From NCBI GenBank assembly GCA_028534125.1, contig CM052832.1, positions 15,254,001-15,318,000 on the forward strand: 64,000 nt of DNA, in the 5' to 3' direction. Of this stretch, positions 48,080 to 60,965 are shown in pieces (the first letter of the stretch is position 1; every line of letters starts with the position of its first letter). Source of the DNA: Lama glama (Eukaryota). The position numbers and the translations under genes are program-made. The notes below the pieces were generated by a model. It did not search any database, was not told where the DNA came from, and worked only from the letters and a program-made list of their open reading frames with translations.

Positions 48080-48285
48080 CTCTGTTCCTCTCCATGGCCC
48101 TTCTCCCCTGATGCTCTCTCTGTATATAGTTCTGTATTAGTTTATTGTTTGCTTCTCCCGACTAGAATGTAAACTCTTCAGGTCAGCTATTTTTGCCCGT
48201 TTTTCTTCACTGCTTTATCCATAGCATCTGGAATAGTGCCTGGCAGATAGTAGGTGCTGAAGAAATGTCTGTTTCATCCTGTTCT
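48080..48285 (+). mobile_element. L2 3' tail
   Basis: ttctcccgactagaatgtaaactcttc...cactgctttatccatagcatctggaatagtgcctggcagatagtaggtgct. Confidence 0.85.
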
Positions 48286-48609
48286 TTCCAAAGAGTAAAT
48301 TTATGTGGCAGAGGTTTTCTTTGCCTTGATCCACAAACACAGTTACAGGGGCTACTGATGGGCAGTGGTGTGTGGGGCCCCAAATCTGCAATTCTACCAA
48401 AAGCCCAGAGAAAACACTCCCTGCTGTTCACAGGCTTCAGCTGGGAATTTAGTCTGGGGGGAGGGAAGTGTGAGGGACTTCTGCTTTTTATGTACCCACT
48501 TTGTATGGTGTGGGTGTTTAAAAGCTTGTAGAGATAATTTTTGTAATAATTTTTAAAGTTTTTAAGAAAAACAGCGATTCATGCATGGTGCAAATGGCAA
48601 TTCCCTGTT

Positions 48610-48885
48610 TAACCTAACTTGATTATGTGCCTACTGTGTGCAGGGCAAAATCGCAAAGAATAAGATGCAGTCCTCATTGTCTGGACATGGAAGTGTCATG
48701 ATGAGGAGTAAGACAGACAGAACAGCGCTAATGGAAAGAAAGAGGGACTCACTGGAGACATTTACAGGTATTACGGGAGCACAGGTGGCAGTTAATTCCA
48801 TGTGAGGCGGCAGGGAACACTGCCAAAGGGAAGATAGCATTTTCACTCGGCCTCGAAGGACCCAAGCCAAAGGGAATAGCATGAG
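48610..48885 (-). mobile_element. L2 fragment
   Basis: gtgcctactgtgtgcagggc...aataagatgcagtcctc. Confidence 0.55.
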
Positions 48886-48892
48886 CTAAGCC

Positions 48893-49211
48893 TGAAGAAA
48901 CTGGTACTTGTGTTTTTAGGAAACTGGAGCCAGAGAAAGCAGATATCTCAAGTTAAAGAATTTAGTGCTTTTCTATGTATGGGAGGAAGCAAACATTTGG
49001 GCTCATTGAATTCATTCCTTTGACAAGCATCTAGCTATCTAGGGCCAGTGTCCTGTCCTTTCTTATTCTGAGTCCCCTCAGAGGGCACCATTGTGAGTGG
49101 CTGCAGAGGCTGGGCTGCAGGCCTGTCCTCACTGGGGGATGGCGGCAGCCGCTGATGACTTGGTTTCAGCATTCTTTGTTTAGTGATATGGTTGCAGTAT
49201 TTTCATTCACA
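48893..49211 (-). mobile_element. ERV1 solo LTR (MER41-like, artiodactyl type), short or internally deleted
   Basis: gatatctcaagttaaagaatttagtgcttttctatgtatggga...tgggctcattgaattcattcctttga...gctatctagggccagt; TG...CA ends. Confidence 0.7.
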
Positions 49212-51279
49212 CCTTACAGAGAGCCCTCCAAGTTCTGAAGTAGAAAGGTGAGACCCTCAGCTGTTTCAGAGGGACATCTTGGAGGCTGTGCCGGTGGATT
49301 GGATGGGAAGAGGCAGAAAAGAGAGGCTGGAGACCAGAGGAGGTGATGGGTCCTGGGCTGGGGGACAGTGGGGGCGCTGGCATGGAAAACGGGCCTTGTT
49401 GATGCCTGGCCTCAGGAAGGGAGAGGGAGGAGGAGCAGATATGCTCTGAGGTTCCAGCCTGGACACAGGGCTGCAGTGGCACCATGTCTATGTCTGTGAC
49501 ACCCCCACCCCACCCCCCACCATATTTCCTCACAGCTGATTCACCCACATCCAGGCATGTGATCCAATCTGGGGGGCACTTGATGGGGGGAAACCTCCAG
49601 AGTGTTCCTTTGCAAAATATTAAAGGCTTGGCCCTAATATCCCCCACCCTCCTGGTCCCAGCACGGGACTGGGCACTCAGCATGATGTTTATTGAAAAGG
49701 AAGGCAGAAAGGGCTGGTGCTATCACGGAGGGCTTCTTAAAGGAGAGTGTTGGATTTAGATGGCAAAAGAAAGGGCAGAAGCCATGGCAGGAGCACAGAA
49801 CCAGGCAGATACTTCAAGCCCATCTCTCCCTCTCCAGCCTTCTCAGGAGAGGAGCCCCAGTGCAGCCCTGCACCTCTGAAGGAGCTCTGACTTCCCCTCC
49901 ACCTTTGCCCCTCAGGCCTGGGGTCTCTGAGAGCAGCTTTGGGAAGGAGTGTGGCCTCTCTACAGCTAAAGAAATGAGCCCAGGGAGAGCAGCAGTTGGC
50001 CTCAGGTAAAACTTTCAGTTAGTGACCCTGCAGGACCTCAGATCCAGGCCTCTTTCCCCTGAGGAGGTGATCAGAGCTGGCACACCCTCAGTGTGGTGAA
50101 TCTCCCAGCCTGTGGGACACGGAGGACCAGCCCAGAAATGCTGACTCAGAGCCTGGGAAGCTCTGCAGACCTGATGTAAGGCCACCCAGAAACCCCTTCA
50201 GCTCTAGCTGCAGGCTCCTCGAGGCCCGGGAGAGGAGGCTGGGCCTGGAATTGGGAGTCAAGAGGCCAACAGTGTTGGGACCTCAGGAACCTCAGCCCCG
50301 TGCCTCCCTACCCCCCATTCTAGCAACCACTCATTTGGCCTGGGGGTCCTCTAAACCCTCCCTCCAGAGCTTCAGCCACTGCTGCCGGATGCATGGATTT
50401 GGGGAATGTGCAAGAATTTCTTGGGGATCCCAGAACTACTTTGGAGAGGAATCCAAGAAAGACTGGGCTTCTGCACATGGGGGAGGGGGCTCAGAGTATC
50501 GTTGTGTGGGCATTGAAGGAAGCCCAGTCCCTTTAGATTCCCCATAGGAGCGGAAGGCATCTAATTATACTACAAGGTTCCCCAAAGCCGCTGCTCTCCC
50601 GGCTGAAATAAGAAAGCAGCTCTCCTGCCTCGGCCTTCCCCGTTCCTTATTGGAATCAGTTCCCCTTCTGGGCCAAGTGAGTGGCCAAGTTTCCCTTGGT
50701 CCCTATCTCCTTGCCTCTCAGTCAGAGGCTCCTTTACCTTGAGAAGAGATCCAGGGTTCTTAGCTCGGGGGCAGCCTGCTTTGACATGTGTGTCTGCCTT
50801 CTACCTCAGCTTGATTGACTTTTTACTTCCCTGCTTGTCCAAGCAATAATTAGGATCCCTTTTTCCATATTAAGCAGCTGCTGTCATTCACCACTTCACG
50901 GTCCTCCTAATCACATTTCTCCTCTTTATCCTGGAGGCAGGTTCCTGACGAGTCTACTGTCCACATTTCCCTGTACTAAAAGGCAGAAGAATATTGGAGA
51001 TGGAAGCTGGGGGTTGCAGGGGTGTGGGGTGGCTTTCTTAAAATGTGACAAGGCCGGTTCTGACTTCCAAGGTGGATTTGTCCAAGATGGAATAGAAGGT
51101 CACATCCAGTCTCTTGGCAGGGAAACTAGGAGAGACCCTTGTGACCCCATGGCCCCCTACTCACCTATCCCCCATGTCTGAATCCTCTCATTAGAGATTT
51201 ACCCCTTTGAAAGGGGTATGTTAAAAATACAAATATTCCTGGCGGGAGACTAGTTAAACTGCCCCTCTGATTTCCTGTA

Positions 51280-51838
51280 GACACCTGTGCTGATCCCTGC
51301 CTACTTTGCCTGCCCTCCCCTGCTTTGCTCTGTATCACAGTGGCTGCCCCAGAAAACTACATTTCCCAGGCTCCTTGCCTGCTGACTTCCTGTCAGGTTC
51401 GGCCAGTGGAAGCCTCTGGCTGGCGACTGGTGGGAGGGATATGAGGAGAAGCCAGGGTATTTCTTCCCTCTCTCTGATTGTGGTCTCTGCCTGTGGCTGC
51501 TTATCTGGCAGTTGCCACTTCTCTGCTATGGCCTCACCTTCCCCAGTTTGTCCCCTTCACAGTTCCAGTTCCAGCCTGGAAGGCCCTTTGGTCAGCCCCT
51601 TCCCCACATCTCAGTTCCCACCGGCAGCTCCAGATCCTGGGATGGTACTATAACTTATTTGCCTTGTACCTCTATTCTAGGATGGGACACATTTGTGCCA
51701 TCAGCCATCTCGAGGTTGATTCCCCATCTCCTATTTTAACTCTCCCAGCACCTCTGTAACTGGTTCTGCATATTATATTCCCTCTACTGAAACTACCTGG
51801 CAAAAGTTCTCTTTTCCTGCTTGGGCCCTCACTGACGC
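51280..51838 (+). mobile_element. ERVL solo LTR (LTR41/LTR50-like)
   Basis: actacatttcccaggctccttgcctgctgacttcctg..aggttcggccagtggaagc...gagaagccagggtatttcttccc. Confidence 0.6.
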
Positions 51839-51849
51839 GCAGCTTATAC

Positions 51850-52850
51850 TTAAAATGTTCAAAATGAAACTATTAATTCCACCTCCCCCAACACTTTTCT
51901 CTTCCTTCCTCAGCCTTCTGCAGCTCTAAGTACCACCACTGTCCACACAGAACTCAAGTCAGAAAACTAAACACTATCCTTGATTCTTTTTTTTCATATA
52001 TCAAGTCTGTTACCATAATCCATTTGCAAGTGTGTATCTTGAATCCTTGGTTTCCATTGCCACCATCACCTCTCACTTGGCCTGAAGCCTCCCAACTGGT
52101 GTCCATTCTTCTTTTCTTGCCTCCCCACCACAATCTACTCTTCACACAGCACTCCAAATGGTCTTTTAAAAGCAAAATTCAAAAAAAAAAAAAGCAAAAG
52201 TCACATCCTGTTCCCCCCTGCCTAAAACCTCTCAATGGCATCCCATTTGAATCCAGACTCCTGTCCAGGCTCAATCAGGATGTATTTATTCATATGTAAC
52301 ATCACCTGTTTCTGGCTAGCTTAAGAAAAAAGGCTCTGCTGGAAGATACCTGGGCCCTCAGAATTGATGGCAGGAGACTCTATGTTTGGAAAACAGGCAA
52401 GACACATCTTTTGGCAGGAACAGCCAGGACAGAACATGCCCAAGGCTGCTAGGCTCCACATCTCCCATAACCACCCAATGGGAGCCTTGCTTTCTTCCCA
52501 TCTTTAGCTACTTGAGACTCAAAGTCTAAGGCAGGAGCAGTTTGCCAAACTGCTCAAGTGCTGTATCCTAGTCATGATAGAGAGAAACTGGCCCTCTGGC
52601 TTCCCTCTCTCTGTCCGAAAGAGAGGGAAGGTGGATGCTGGGCAGCCAAAGCAGATTCAATATTCACAGGTGGTCTTCAGGCACTGCATGATCCAGCTCG
52701 TGCTTCCTCTTCATCCTCAGCTCATTCACTCCTCACCACCTCCCCGCTGGGGTTCACTCCACATTATGCTGACCTGTCAGTTTGTAGAACACAGTCAAGT
52801 TCTTTCCTGCCTCTACAATCTCTTTCAGAGCTTCCCCTCGGAGAGATGCC
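51850..52850. mobile_element. L2 fragment (sense) with a probable MLT1-type LTR inserted at ~52275-52660
   Basis: ctcaagtcagaaaactaaacactatccttgattc...cacacagcactccaaatggtcttttaaaagcaaa...cctgcctaaaacctctcaatggcatccca; L2 resumes with caggcactgcatgatccagct. Confidence 0.6.
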
Positions 52851-53664
52851 CCATGACCTCAGCTGCCCCAAAGTCCTCTTGCACCTCCCTTCACCACTTT
52901 CTGTGCTAGATTGGTGTGAGGGAGCTAATCCTATGTTCCCTAGGTGCCCAGGTCATGTTCTAGTCAGCTATGGTGAGTCACCCTAATCCAGCCTCTTTTC
53001 GAGCCGAGGGTATTGTCAGGGCTGCTTAGGGCCTTCCTCTCCAAGAAGAGAACACCCTTGGGTGCCAGCTGCACCCTCCTCCAGGCCCAGCGTCTTCTCC
53101 TAGAGGTAGGACCATCCCCAGTGGGCACCGGAATTCAGTCCCTTCATGTCCCTTCTCCCCAGTTGCGCCTTCTTCTGCCTCTCCCAACCTCTTCACCACC
53201 AACAGCTGCAAAATTTCAGCCGAGAGCATAAAAGACAGGTGCTTGTTTTTGGCTTTATTCTTTTAAGAAGAAAAACAATGAAGAGACAAACCCTAGGAAA
53301 TCATATGAGGGGAAAAACCCAGCCCTGCGTTCCGGGGAAATGTTAAATCAGCGAATTGAAATGCCGGAGATGAAAGTGGGACTACCGGTTGGAGCCTGTC
53401 ACATCCGCACTGACAGTGACAGTGTGGTGATGTGGGGGACGTAGGCAGTGCAGGCTGTGAGGCTTGACGTCAGCACCCCCATTCTGCAGTCTCCTGAGTT
53501 CCCTCCCCTGTGGCTCCCCTCTGGGCTTTGGGCCCTCACCGAGCCACCCAGCTCAGGCAGAATGGATTGAGGGGAGCTTTTCTACTCCTGCCCCTCCCCA
53601 ACACCAAATTGTATTTAAGTCCCACACCCCATTCATCACTTAGGAGAGCACTCCCTAATGATAA

Positions 53665-54560
53665 TGTGATTTATAGTAAGAAATACATATTTGGTCCCCC
53701 AACCCCCACCACCCCCATTTCTGGAACAGATCTAAAACCCTTGATAAGAGCATTGAGAGCATTGTTTGTTATAATATTTGGTCTTTTGTCCTCTTTCTAA
53801 ACAGCTCCAGAGCCAGAAAGGTGAAAGGAGTGTCTTGTTATTCATAACAAGCCACTTTCAACCAACCTGAGTTTATGTTAATAAGGTGACTTTTGGGAAA
53901 CCCTTGAGTATGGGGGCTGGTTGCCAGGGGAACCAACCATGTGATTAGATGGTTGGAACTTTCAGCCCCTCCCTACCTCCCCTCTAAGGAGGAGAGAGGG
54001 GCTGGAGATTGATTTCAATTGCCAGTAGCCAGTGATTTAGTCAGTCAGGCCTATGTAATGGAGCCTTCATTAAAAAAGATCAAAAGGACATGGTTCAGAG
54101 AGTTTCTGGGTTGGTGAATGCATTCACACACCAAGAGTGTGGTGCACCCAAGTTCCACGGAGACAGATACTCCTGTACTCAGGACCCTCCCAGATCTCAC
54201 CTTGTATCTCTTCATCTGGCTGTTCATCTGGCCATTATCATATCCTTTAATAGACTGGTAAATGTAAATGAGTGTTTCCCTGAGTTCTGTGAGCCGCTCT
54301 AGCAAATTGATTGCATCCGAGGAGGGGATCCTGGAAACCTATTCACAGCTAGCCAGTCAGAAGCACAGATGACAACCTGGACTTGTGATTGGCATATGAA
54401 GTGAGGGCAGTCTTGTGGGACTGAGTTGTTAACCTGTGGGATCGGATGCTTTCTCCAGGTGAATAGCATCAGAATTGAGTTAAATTGTAGGCACCCAGCT
54501 AGTGTCACAGAACTGTTCAGTGGTATTGGGAAAAAAATAACACAGGTGGTGCTGAGGTGG
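53665..54560 (+). mobile_element. MER21-like LTR
   Basis: gggggctggttgccaggggaaccaaccatgtgattaga..gttggaactttcagccc...gtttccctgagttctgtgagccgctctagcaaatt...gacaacctggacttgtgattggcat...gaattgagttaaattgtag. Confidence 0.85.
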
Positions 54561-57500
54561 ATTCAGCAAGAGATTGTGGCCTCTTTGGCTCTCTAGAAAT
54601 CACCCCTATCAGGACCCCCCTGGTTGAGAAGAGGCCCTCCTGCCCTCCTTTGTCTTAGAAAGAGTTCAAGAAGGTGGACTGCATTCCTGTTTCCAGGGGA
54701 ATGGACACTCAGCCCCCTGGTCATTGGCTATGACCATGGATATACTGGATACAGGAGTATTCCAAGTGGATTAAGTTCTCAGAGGAAAGAAAAGGAGAAA
54801 AAGGTGTGTAACATCTATAGAGAGGGACCCATTTGATGTAGCTACTCAATGCTAGGCTGTGAGACGGGGTGTAAGGGAGGGAAGAAAGAACACTTGGAGA
54901 AGAGAGCAGAAACCCAGAGGCGCAGCCAGTGAGATGGAATAGTACCCCTCACTGGAACCTGAGCTGGATGCAGGACCTCTGGGCGGCAGCTTGTGAGTTG
55001 GAGGGAAAGGCCTGCTTTCCACCACACCCAGAATGTTTAATTCTCTAATGAGCTGTCTCGTCCCCACGCAGCATCTGCCCATGTGGGGCTGTGAGAGCCT
55101 GGCCTCACTAAGCAATTGTGAGCCAGTTAAGACAAAGTGGGGCCTTCTCCTTGGCACAGTGATGAGCCCATTGTCATGAGCATTGAAGGAAAATGATGAG
55201 GGGACAAATTGGACCTCCCATGTGGTCCTGACAAGGCCAGAGACTGAGGGAAGGAGGGCTGGTAAGGCTGCCAGGCTGGCTCTTAAATGGGGCTCCTCTC
55301 CTTTGAGAGCTAATAGTGGGCCCCAACCACAGAGGAAGGTTGCAGCAGAGCCTGCCCACACTCCTCTTCCCATCCTTCTAAATCTCTTGTTCTCCCAGCT
55401 CCCAGCAGGGCCACCCAACCCCACTTTGTGGCTGAGTACCTTTGAATGAAGGTTAATCATTCCAGAGACGCAGCAGGGAATGTTTTTCTGCTCTTATGGG
55501 GAAAGGAATATATGTCCAAGTCCATTTGTTTAAATTATTCAGCCCTCCAAGTTCCATAGCTGCTCAAAGGCGTCCCTGGGGTGGCCAGGGAGCCTGGTTA
55601 ACTGGGGCGACCTGGACTGTCAGCACCACGGACAGCGCTCTAGTCTCTGAGCTGCCTCCAGGTTCCTGCAGGTTGGAGGATGGGGACAGGAGCAAGGCTT
55701 AAGAAAACCCCATTCTTGAGTCCCTGAGAGCATGTCCTTTTCACTGTAGCTTGAAGGAATATCGGATAAGGAGTGTCACTGCCAGGCCCAGATGCCTGGT
55801 AATCAACCATTCAGTGCCCTGCATGGAAAGGCAATTAAAGCAAGAATTAAAAAGCCATAGCATCATTTAAAATCCAATAACACGGCTGGCCTGAAATGTG
55901 TCCTCAGTCTCTAGGGAGGGTGAAGGTGGCATGTAGGGAGGTGCTAAGGGCAGAAGAATGTGGCAATGAGGGAAGAGAAATAATCCGAAAGGGAGAGAAT
56001 GGTGGCATGGGAATGAAGATTTCTGAGCCTCCCACACCTTCCCACCAAGTAGCCAAAATCTGCTCACCCCACCCTGCTCTGGAAGCCCTCCTTGATACTC
56101 TGGCCTTAAGGAAGAGACCAGTGGTATTCAGCACTTGCCCCTCATTACCTCCCACAACCCAACAAGTCCATCCCTAAATTGAGAATAATAAAAACCACAA
56201 TCCTCATGAGTCTATGTGTTAAAACACAAAGCAAGTCTGGCCATTTGCCCCCTTTTGTTTTCAGTATCTTAAAAGGGCTCATGCACATCCCTTCACATAA
56301 AAGCTCTGAATTTGCTTTTCACTCCTAAGAGACCCAGAGAATTTCTAATCTACAAAGATGACGTTAACCCTTTCACATCAAATAAAGCCCTCCTGCAGGT
56401 AATCTTCCTGTCACAAGCTGACTGCCTTGATGTGACTTGGAAGTGAGTGGGGATACTTGGTTCCCTTTCATTTCCTATCCTGCTTAGTAAAATCCTAAAC
56501 CGGGAGGATTCAAGTTTGATGGGAGCTGTTCTTGCAGTTTATGCCTTCTGTCCCTTGGGAGCTTACTCATGTCTATTTTAAATAAATTCTGTCTTTCTTC
56601 TTCCTACAAAGAACAACTGCAAGTCTTCTCTGAGGATAGCTTCTCTTTGGGGTAGAGTTCAGTTCTGACCGTCAAACATTCATGAGACAGGCCCTTGGTG
56701 AATAACGATGAAATGAATTACCTCTGTGATTGGGTCTTGCCTGAGACCTAGGGGTGTTCCCTCAAAATCCTGCAGTGTTTTGGGCTGCAGTTTTCTAAGA
56801 ACTTGGTTGTTCTTTCAAGATAAAGAGTTTTCTAAGAAGTGGGAAAGGAAAAAGAGGGATGAGTGCTGCCAGGGTGGTGAGGGTGTGCTCTAATGCCTCA
56901 TCTTTAGGGCTGCTCTGGGCAGCTCTTTCTTATTTTTGCAATTATCTAAACCGCTCTCTCCAAATTCATCTTGTGCCTGTCCTGAATCTTATGGTATGAA
57001 CACAAGATCATGCCTCTGTCTTACCTTGCTATCCACAATACACAGTAGACTGCAAGGGTTTAGGCCCTGAGGACCATGCTCATTGTTGTGGCAGACCAGG
57101 TCTCTCTCTGCTTAGCCAGACATCCAGGAAGGGACTGGAGCTGTGAATGGCTCCTAACCACCAGCTGTTTAGCAGCAAACAATGCCCCCTGAATTGTTAG
57201 GTGTAGTCGCCCTCCTCCATTGCCCTCTCCAGTTGGCCAGGCCCCACCCAGCCACCCAACCCCAGCCTGGACCACAGAGGGAACAGGATCCCCCCCTTTT
57301 CCCTTCTGTTTGCCTCCAGACTGGGCTTGTATAAGGGAGGTGGTTTGTGTGACTGCCACAGCTGTCAATGGCAGAAGCTGCATGTGGCCTGCTGCTCCCA
57401 TTAACAGCCGTTGGCAGTCCCCTAAATCAAAAAGCATCAGCCCAGCAGATGTGGGGAAGTCAGTGACTGAGGTTCACTGATGCAATGGAGGAGAAAAAGT

Positions 57501-59103
57501 TTGGACAGCTATCTCCTTTTACCTGAATCTATCCTGGATTAGGCTGACATTTGAAATGACTCTGGCTCCCATCTACATGGCATAAAACCTCTACCAAGTC
57601 TTCTCTCCTTCTTAAACATAAAAGCACAAACTTTTCTCAACCACAGACTTCCTTAATCATTTATGAAAATGTGTCAGCTGTCCCTGCCTCCTTGTTCTAA
57701 CACCTTATGCCCTGGGATCAGGGAGCTGGGAGCTACCTTCCCTAAAGGAGTTGAAGAGAATGGAGACACATGTGAGAGGCCAGCCATTCCTTAAAGTTAA
57801 TTCATTACTTCCAAAGCCATCTGCTTTGTCTTCACGCACATCTATCATCTTCATAAAAATATAAGTACATATAATTAAAAGTCAACTAAAAGGAGACTCG
57901 GTGTCCTCAGCTCAATTCACAGAAGGAACAGATCCCACCAAAGTCCAGGTCGCAGACCCAGCTCTTAGCACCCGCATCCTGTCCCTGGAAGAAAAGTTAT
58001 GTGACCTCTTCTTGAAGTTTTATAGCAGCAGTCACTTTCATGATAAAGCCCCATAAATAGAAAGGGAACCCAGAAGCAAGTTGGTGACTGGGACGTTTCT
58101 AGGAATACATTAACCACCCGGGGATATATTGACCAGGAAGTCAGCAGGAACGCTATTGTTAAACTCAGCCAAGTCCCCAAACTGTGTGCACACTGTCAAT
58201 AGTCTATGAGGCTGAACCAAATAGGATAGCATTTTATCAGATTGTTTTGGGTCTGGGTAGTCAACGCGCATGAAATGGGCTCCACAGGAAGCCAGAGATG
58301 GAGGAATGTTCATTCAAGTAGCAGATACAACACAAACAAGAAGCTCAGTGAATTGGAAGTTAATTCTGGGTGGACCCTCTGCATGTTTGTATTTTCCTCT
58401 CCACTGGCACTGTTTCTCTACCAGGGGTTCTTGGGATACACTGGTGTCTGCTGTGTAGCATTTCTCAAAGAATCATTTGTGAGTTCTGAAAAAGGACCCT
58501 GAGCCATGGAAGGAAAAGAATAAAAACCCACAGGTCACCAAAGCCTGTGTCCCCTGGGCCAGGGCACAGTTGTTGCCTAAGATACATCTCTTGGTGCTTT
58601 GCCCTAGTTTTAAATGCCATCACCATCAGCTAGGATTTTTGCTCATGAGACACCTCTAGCTCTGTAAGGGACATCAAGGACTTTGAACCGAAAGGAGACA
58701 CAGCTATCCCAACCCCTCCCCCATGGCTCCTGCACTTGAGAAGCCCAGTTCTTTGCCTCTCTTTGGCATTGACATAAGGGGAGCAGTGCATATTTAATTC
58801 TTACCAGCATTCTGGGCAAACTGACCTTTTGAAACTTCTCATTTTTCATTTTTATGCCATAAGCTTTGGCACTCCCAGCAATACCTGGACTATTTCTGCT
58901 CATCTGAACTCTGTCATCCCCTAGCCACCATCCTCTGCCTCTTTGAGGGAAAATGGGGCAGTGTTTGAGCTGCCATACCTCCCCCAGGGGCCCCCAGTTG
59001 CAGCTTTCCTTCTCTGCTGGTCCCTCCCTGCCACCTACATCTTCCACCCCGTGTCCTTGGGGCGCTGATGACATATGTCCAGCAGCTCACCTGCCCATTT
59101 CCA

Positions 59104-59248
59104 GCTCATAGTTCTAACCTCCAACGTCTTCCTGCATTAGGTCTCTGTCCGCCCTGATGTTTGCTACATCTCCCAATTTAGTATCATCTGCAAATTTAAT
59201 TAACATGCCGTTGCCTCCCTGTTCCAGGCCATTAATGAAGATGTTATG
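59104..59248 (-). mobile_element. Ancient CR1/L3 LINE fragment encoding the RT catalytic motif
   Basis: Translates HNIFINGLEQGGNGMLIKFADDTKLGDVANIRADRDLMQEDV, then after a frameshift RLEL*A. Matches the CR1 RT pattern FNIFINDLD....L.KFADDTKLG...........Q.DL.RLE.WA. Confidence 0.88.
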
Positions 59249-60419
59249 GCAGTACCCAGCAAACAATATTTTCAAGGTCACGAGGAGAGGAGAGCTAAAC
59301 TGCTAATAATACCGCTGCTCAACATGGGGGAAGGAGACAATCAAGTGCCCACATGTGGTTTGAGTCATTTCCTCTGGGTTTTGTGAACTTCCTTTCCCTG
59401 ACTTGGGTTAGGTTTTTATGCCTCCCTTCTGCCTCAGCCGCTGCACATCCGGGGCAATTCCCATTTGGAAAAAAGAAAATCAGATGACGCCTTCCTTTTA
59501 TTTTCTAGCAGGAGAAACAGCTACTAATTGAGCATTTAGAGGGAGAGACGGTGTACATGATAAAAACAAAGTAGTCTTTATCAGGCTTGTTATCTGGCCA
59601 CCTCTCCACTCCTGAAGCACTAAATGTGACAGTGGAAAATACACATCAAGGCCAAGGCACCGAACAGCGGAGGGAGAGAAGACGTGTTCCTGCTGAGCTG
59701 GTTCCTAAGGATCTGCAGCCAAGGGGTGGCACGAAGAGGAGACCCCTTCATCCTTGGCTTGTGCCGCTAACCCTGTTTATGACCCCATAGCAGATCTTGA
59801 GCCCCTCCCCCTTTAGTCTAACATCACCCTCTGCATTACAAGTGGCCCATTATGAACCTGATTTGCCTTCCTTCCACACCAGACTGCAGATACCATACCG
59901 TAACACTGCAGATTGCTTGGATCAGAAGTACTGAGTCACAGGAGCAATTCAGGATAATGCTATTTACGCCCAGAAAATTGATCCCGGGTTATTTACTGTT
60001 TCTAGCACTTCCCTTCTCATCTCTCACTGCAGGCCTGTCTCCAGTTCCCAGGCTCTAATCATTTCTCAGACAGAATGTCTTGAAGGTGTCTCTGGACCAG
60101 AGCCCAGACCGACCCAGCAGAGCCCTGGCATGGACAGGGGCTGGAACAGCTTTGCGTTTCCTGGGCTTGGTGGACAGGCTTGGCCCCCCAGCTGCAGGCC
60201 TTCCCGGGTCCAGATCTGGCCTCTCCAAACCTGAGGACACACAAGAACAACCTGTGTGTGTTTCAGTTGGTCAGCGGGACTGGAGTCACACTCAGACACC
60301 TCTCCAGGGAGATGGCTTAGGGAGAGAGCCACAGGTTTGGAGAATTTGTACCTGGCCTGTTGTGGGCCTTCTCCAGCTGTAAACAGTCATGTGCTCACTC
60401 ATCAAACATTGAGAGGCAA

Positions 60420-60600
60420 AAAAGCACAGTGGATTCTGAAGCTAGACTCCTAAGTTTGAATCCTGGCCCTGACGTTTTAGTAACTGCACTACGTTGGGCT
60501 TCACCCCAATTTTCCCACCTGTAAAATGGGATAATAGCCACACCAACCTTATAGGGTTGTGAGATTTTTTAAAGCTGATGTGTGTGATGTTTTGGCTGTT
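60420..60600 (+). mobile_element. MIR SINE
   Basis: tttgaatcctggccctgac...ttttcccacctgtaaaatgggataatag...accttatagggttgtgag. Confidence 0.8.
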
Positions 60601-60643
60601 ATTACATATCAAACGCCTTTAACACGCCAGACAATCTTGAGGT

Positions 60644-60965
60644 CAGAGGTCAGCAAACTTTTTCTATAAGGTCCAGATAATAAATATTTTTGCATTTGTG
60701 GGCCATAATGTCTCTGTCACAACTATCCAACCCTGCTGTTGCAGCCCCAAAGCTGCCATAGACAATAAGCAGTTGAATGAGCATGGCTGTGTTCCAATAA
60801 AACTTTATGGACACAGAAATGTGAGTTTCATATAAACTCATCTGTCACTAAACATTATTCTTCTTTGGATTTTTTTAAATATTAAAAATGTAAAAATCAC
60901 TTAGTTCACAGGCTATATGAAAATAGAGAGCAGGCTGGGTTTGACCTATATTTGGCCCACCCCGG
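60644..60965 (+). mobile_element. MER58-like hAT-Charlie MITE (MER58B-like)
   Basis: cagaggtcagcaaactttttctataaggtccagataataaatattttt...ggctgtgttccaataaaactttatggacac. Confidence 0.88.

Noticed and set aside
54852..55460. 202-aa minus-strand ORF
   Set aside because: No domain similarity or splice/promoter support; composition typical of chance ORFs
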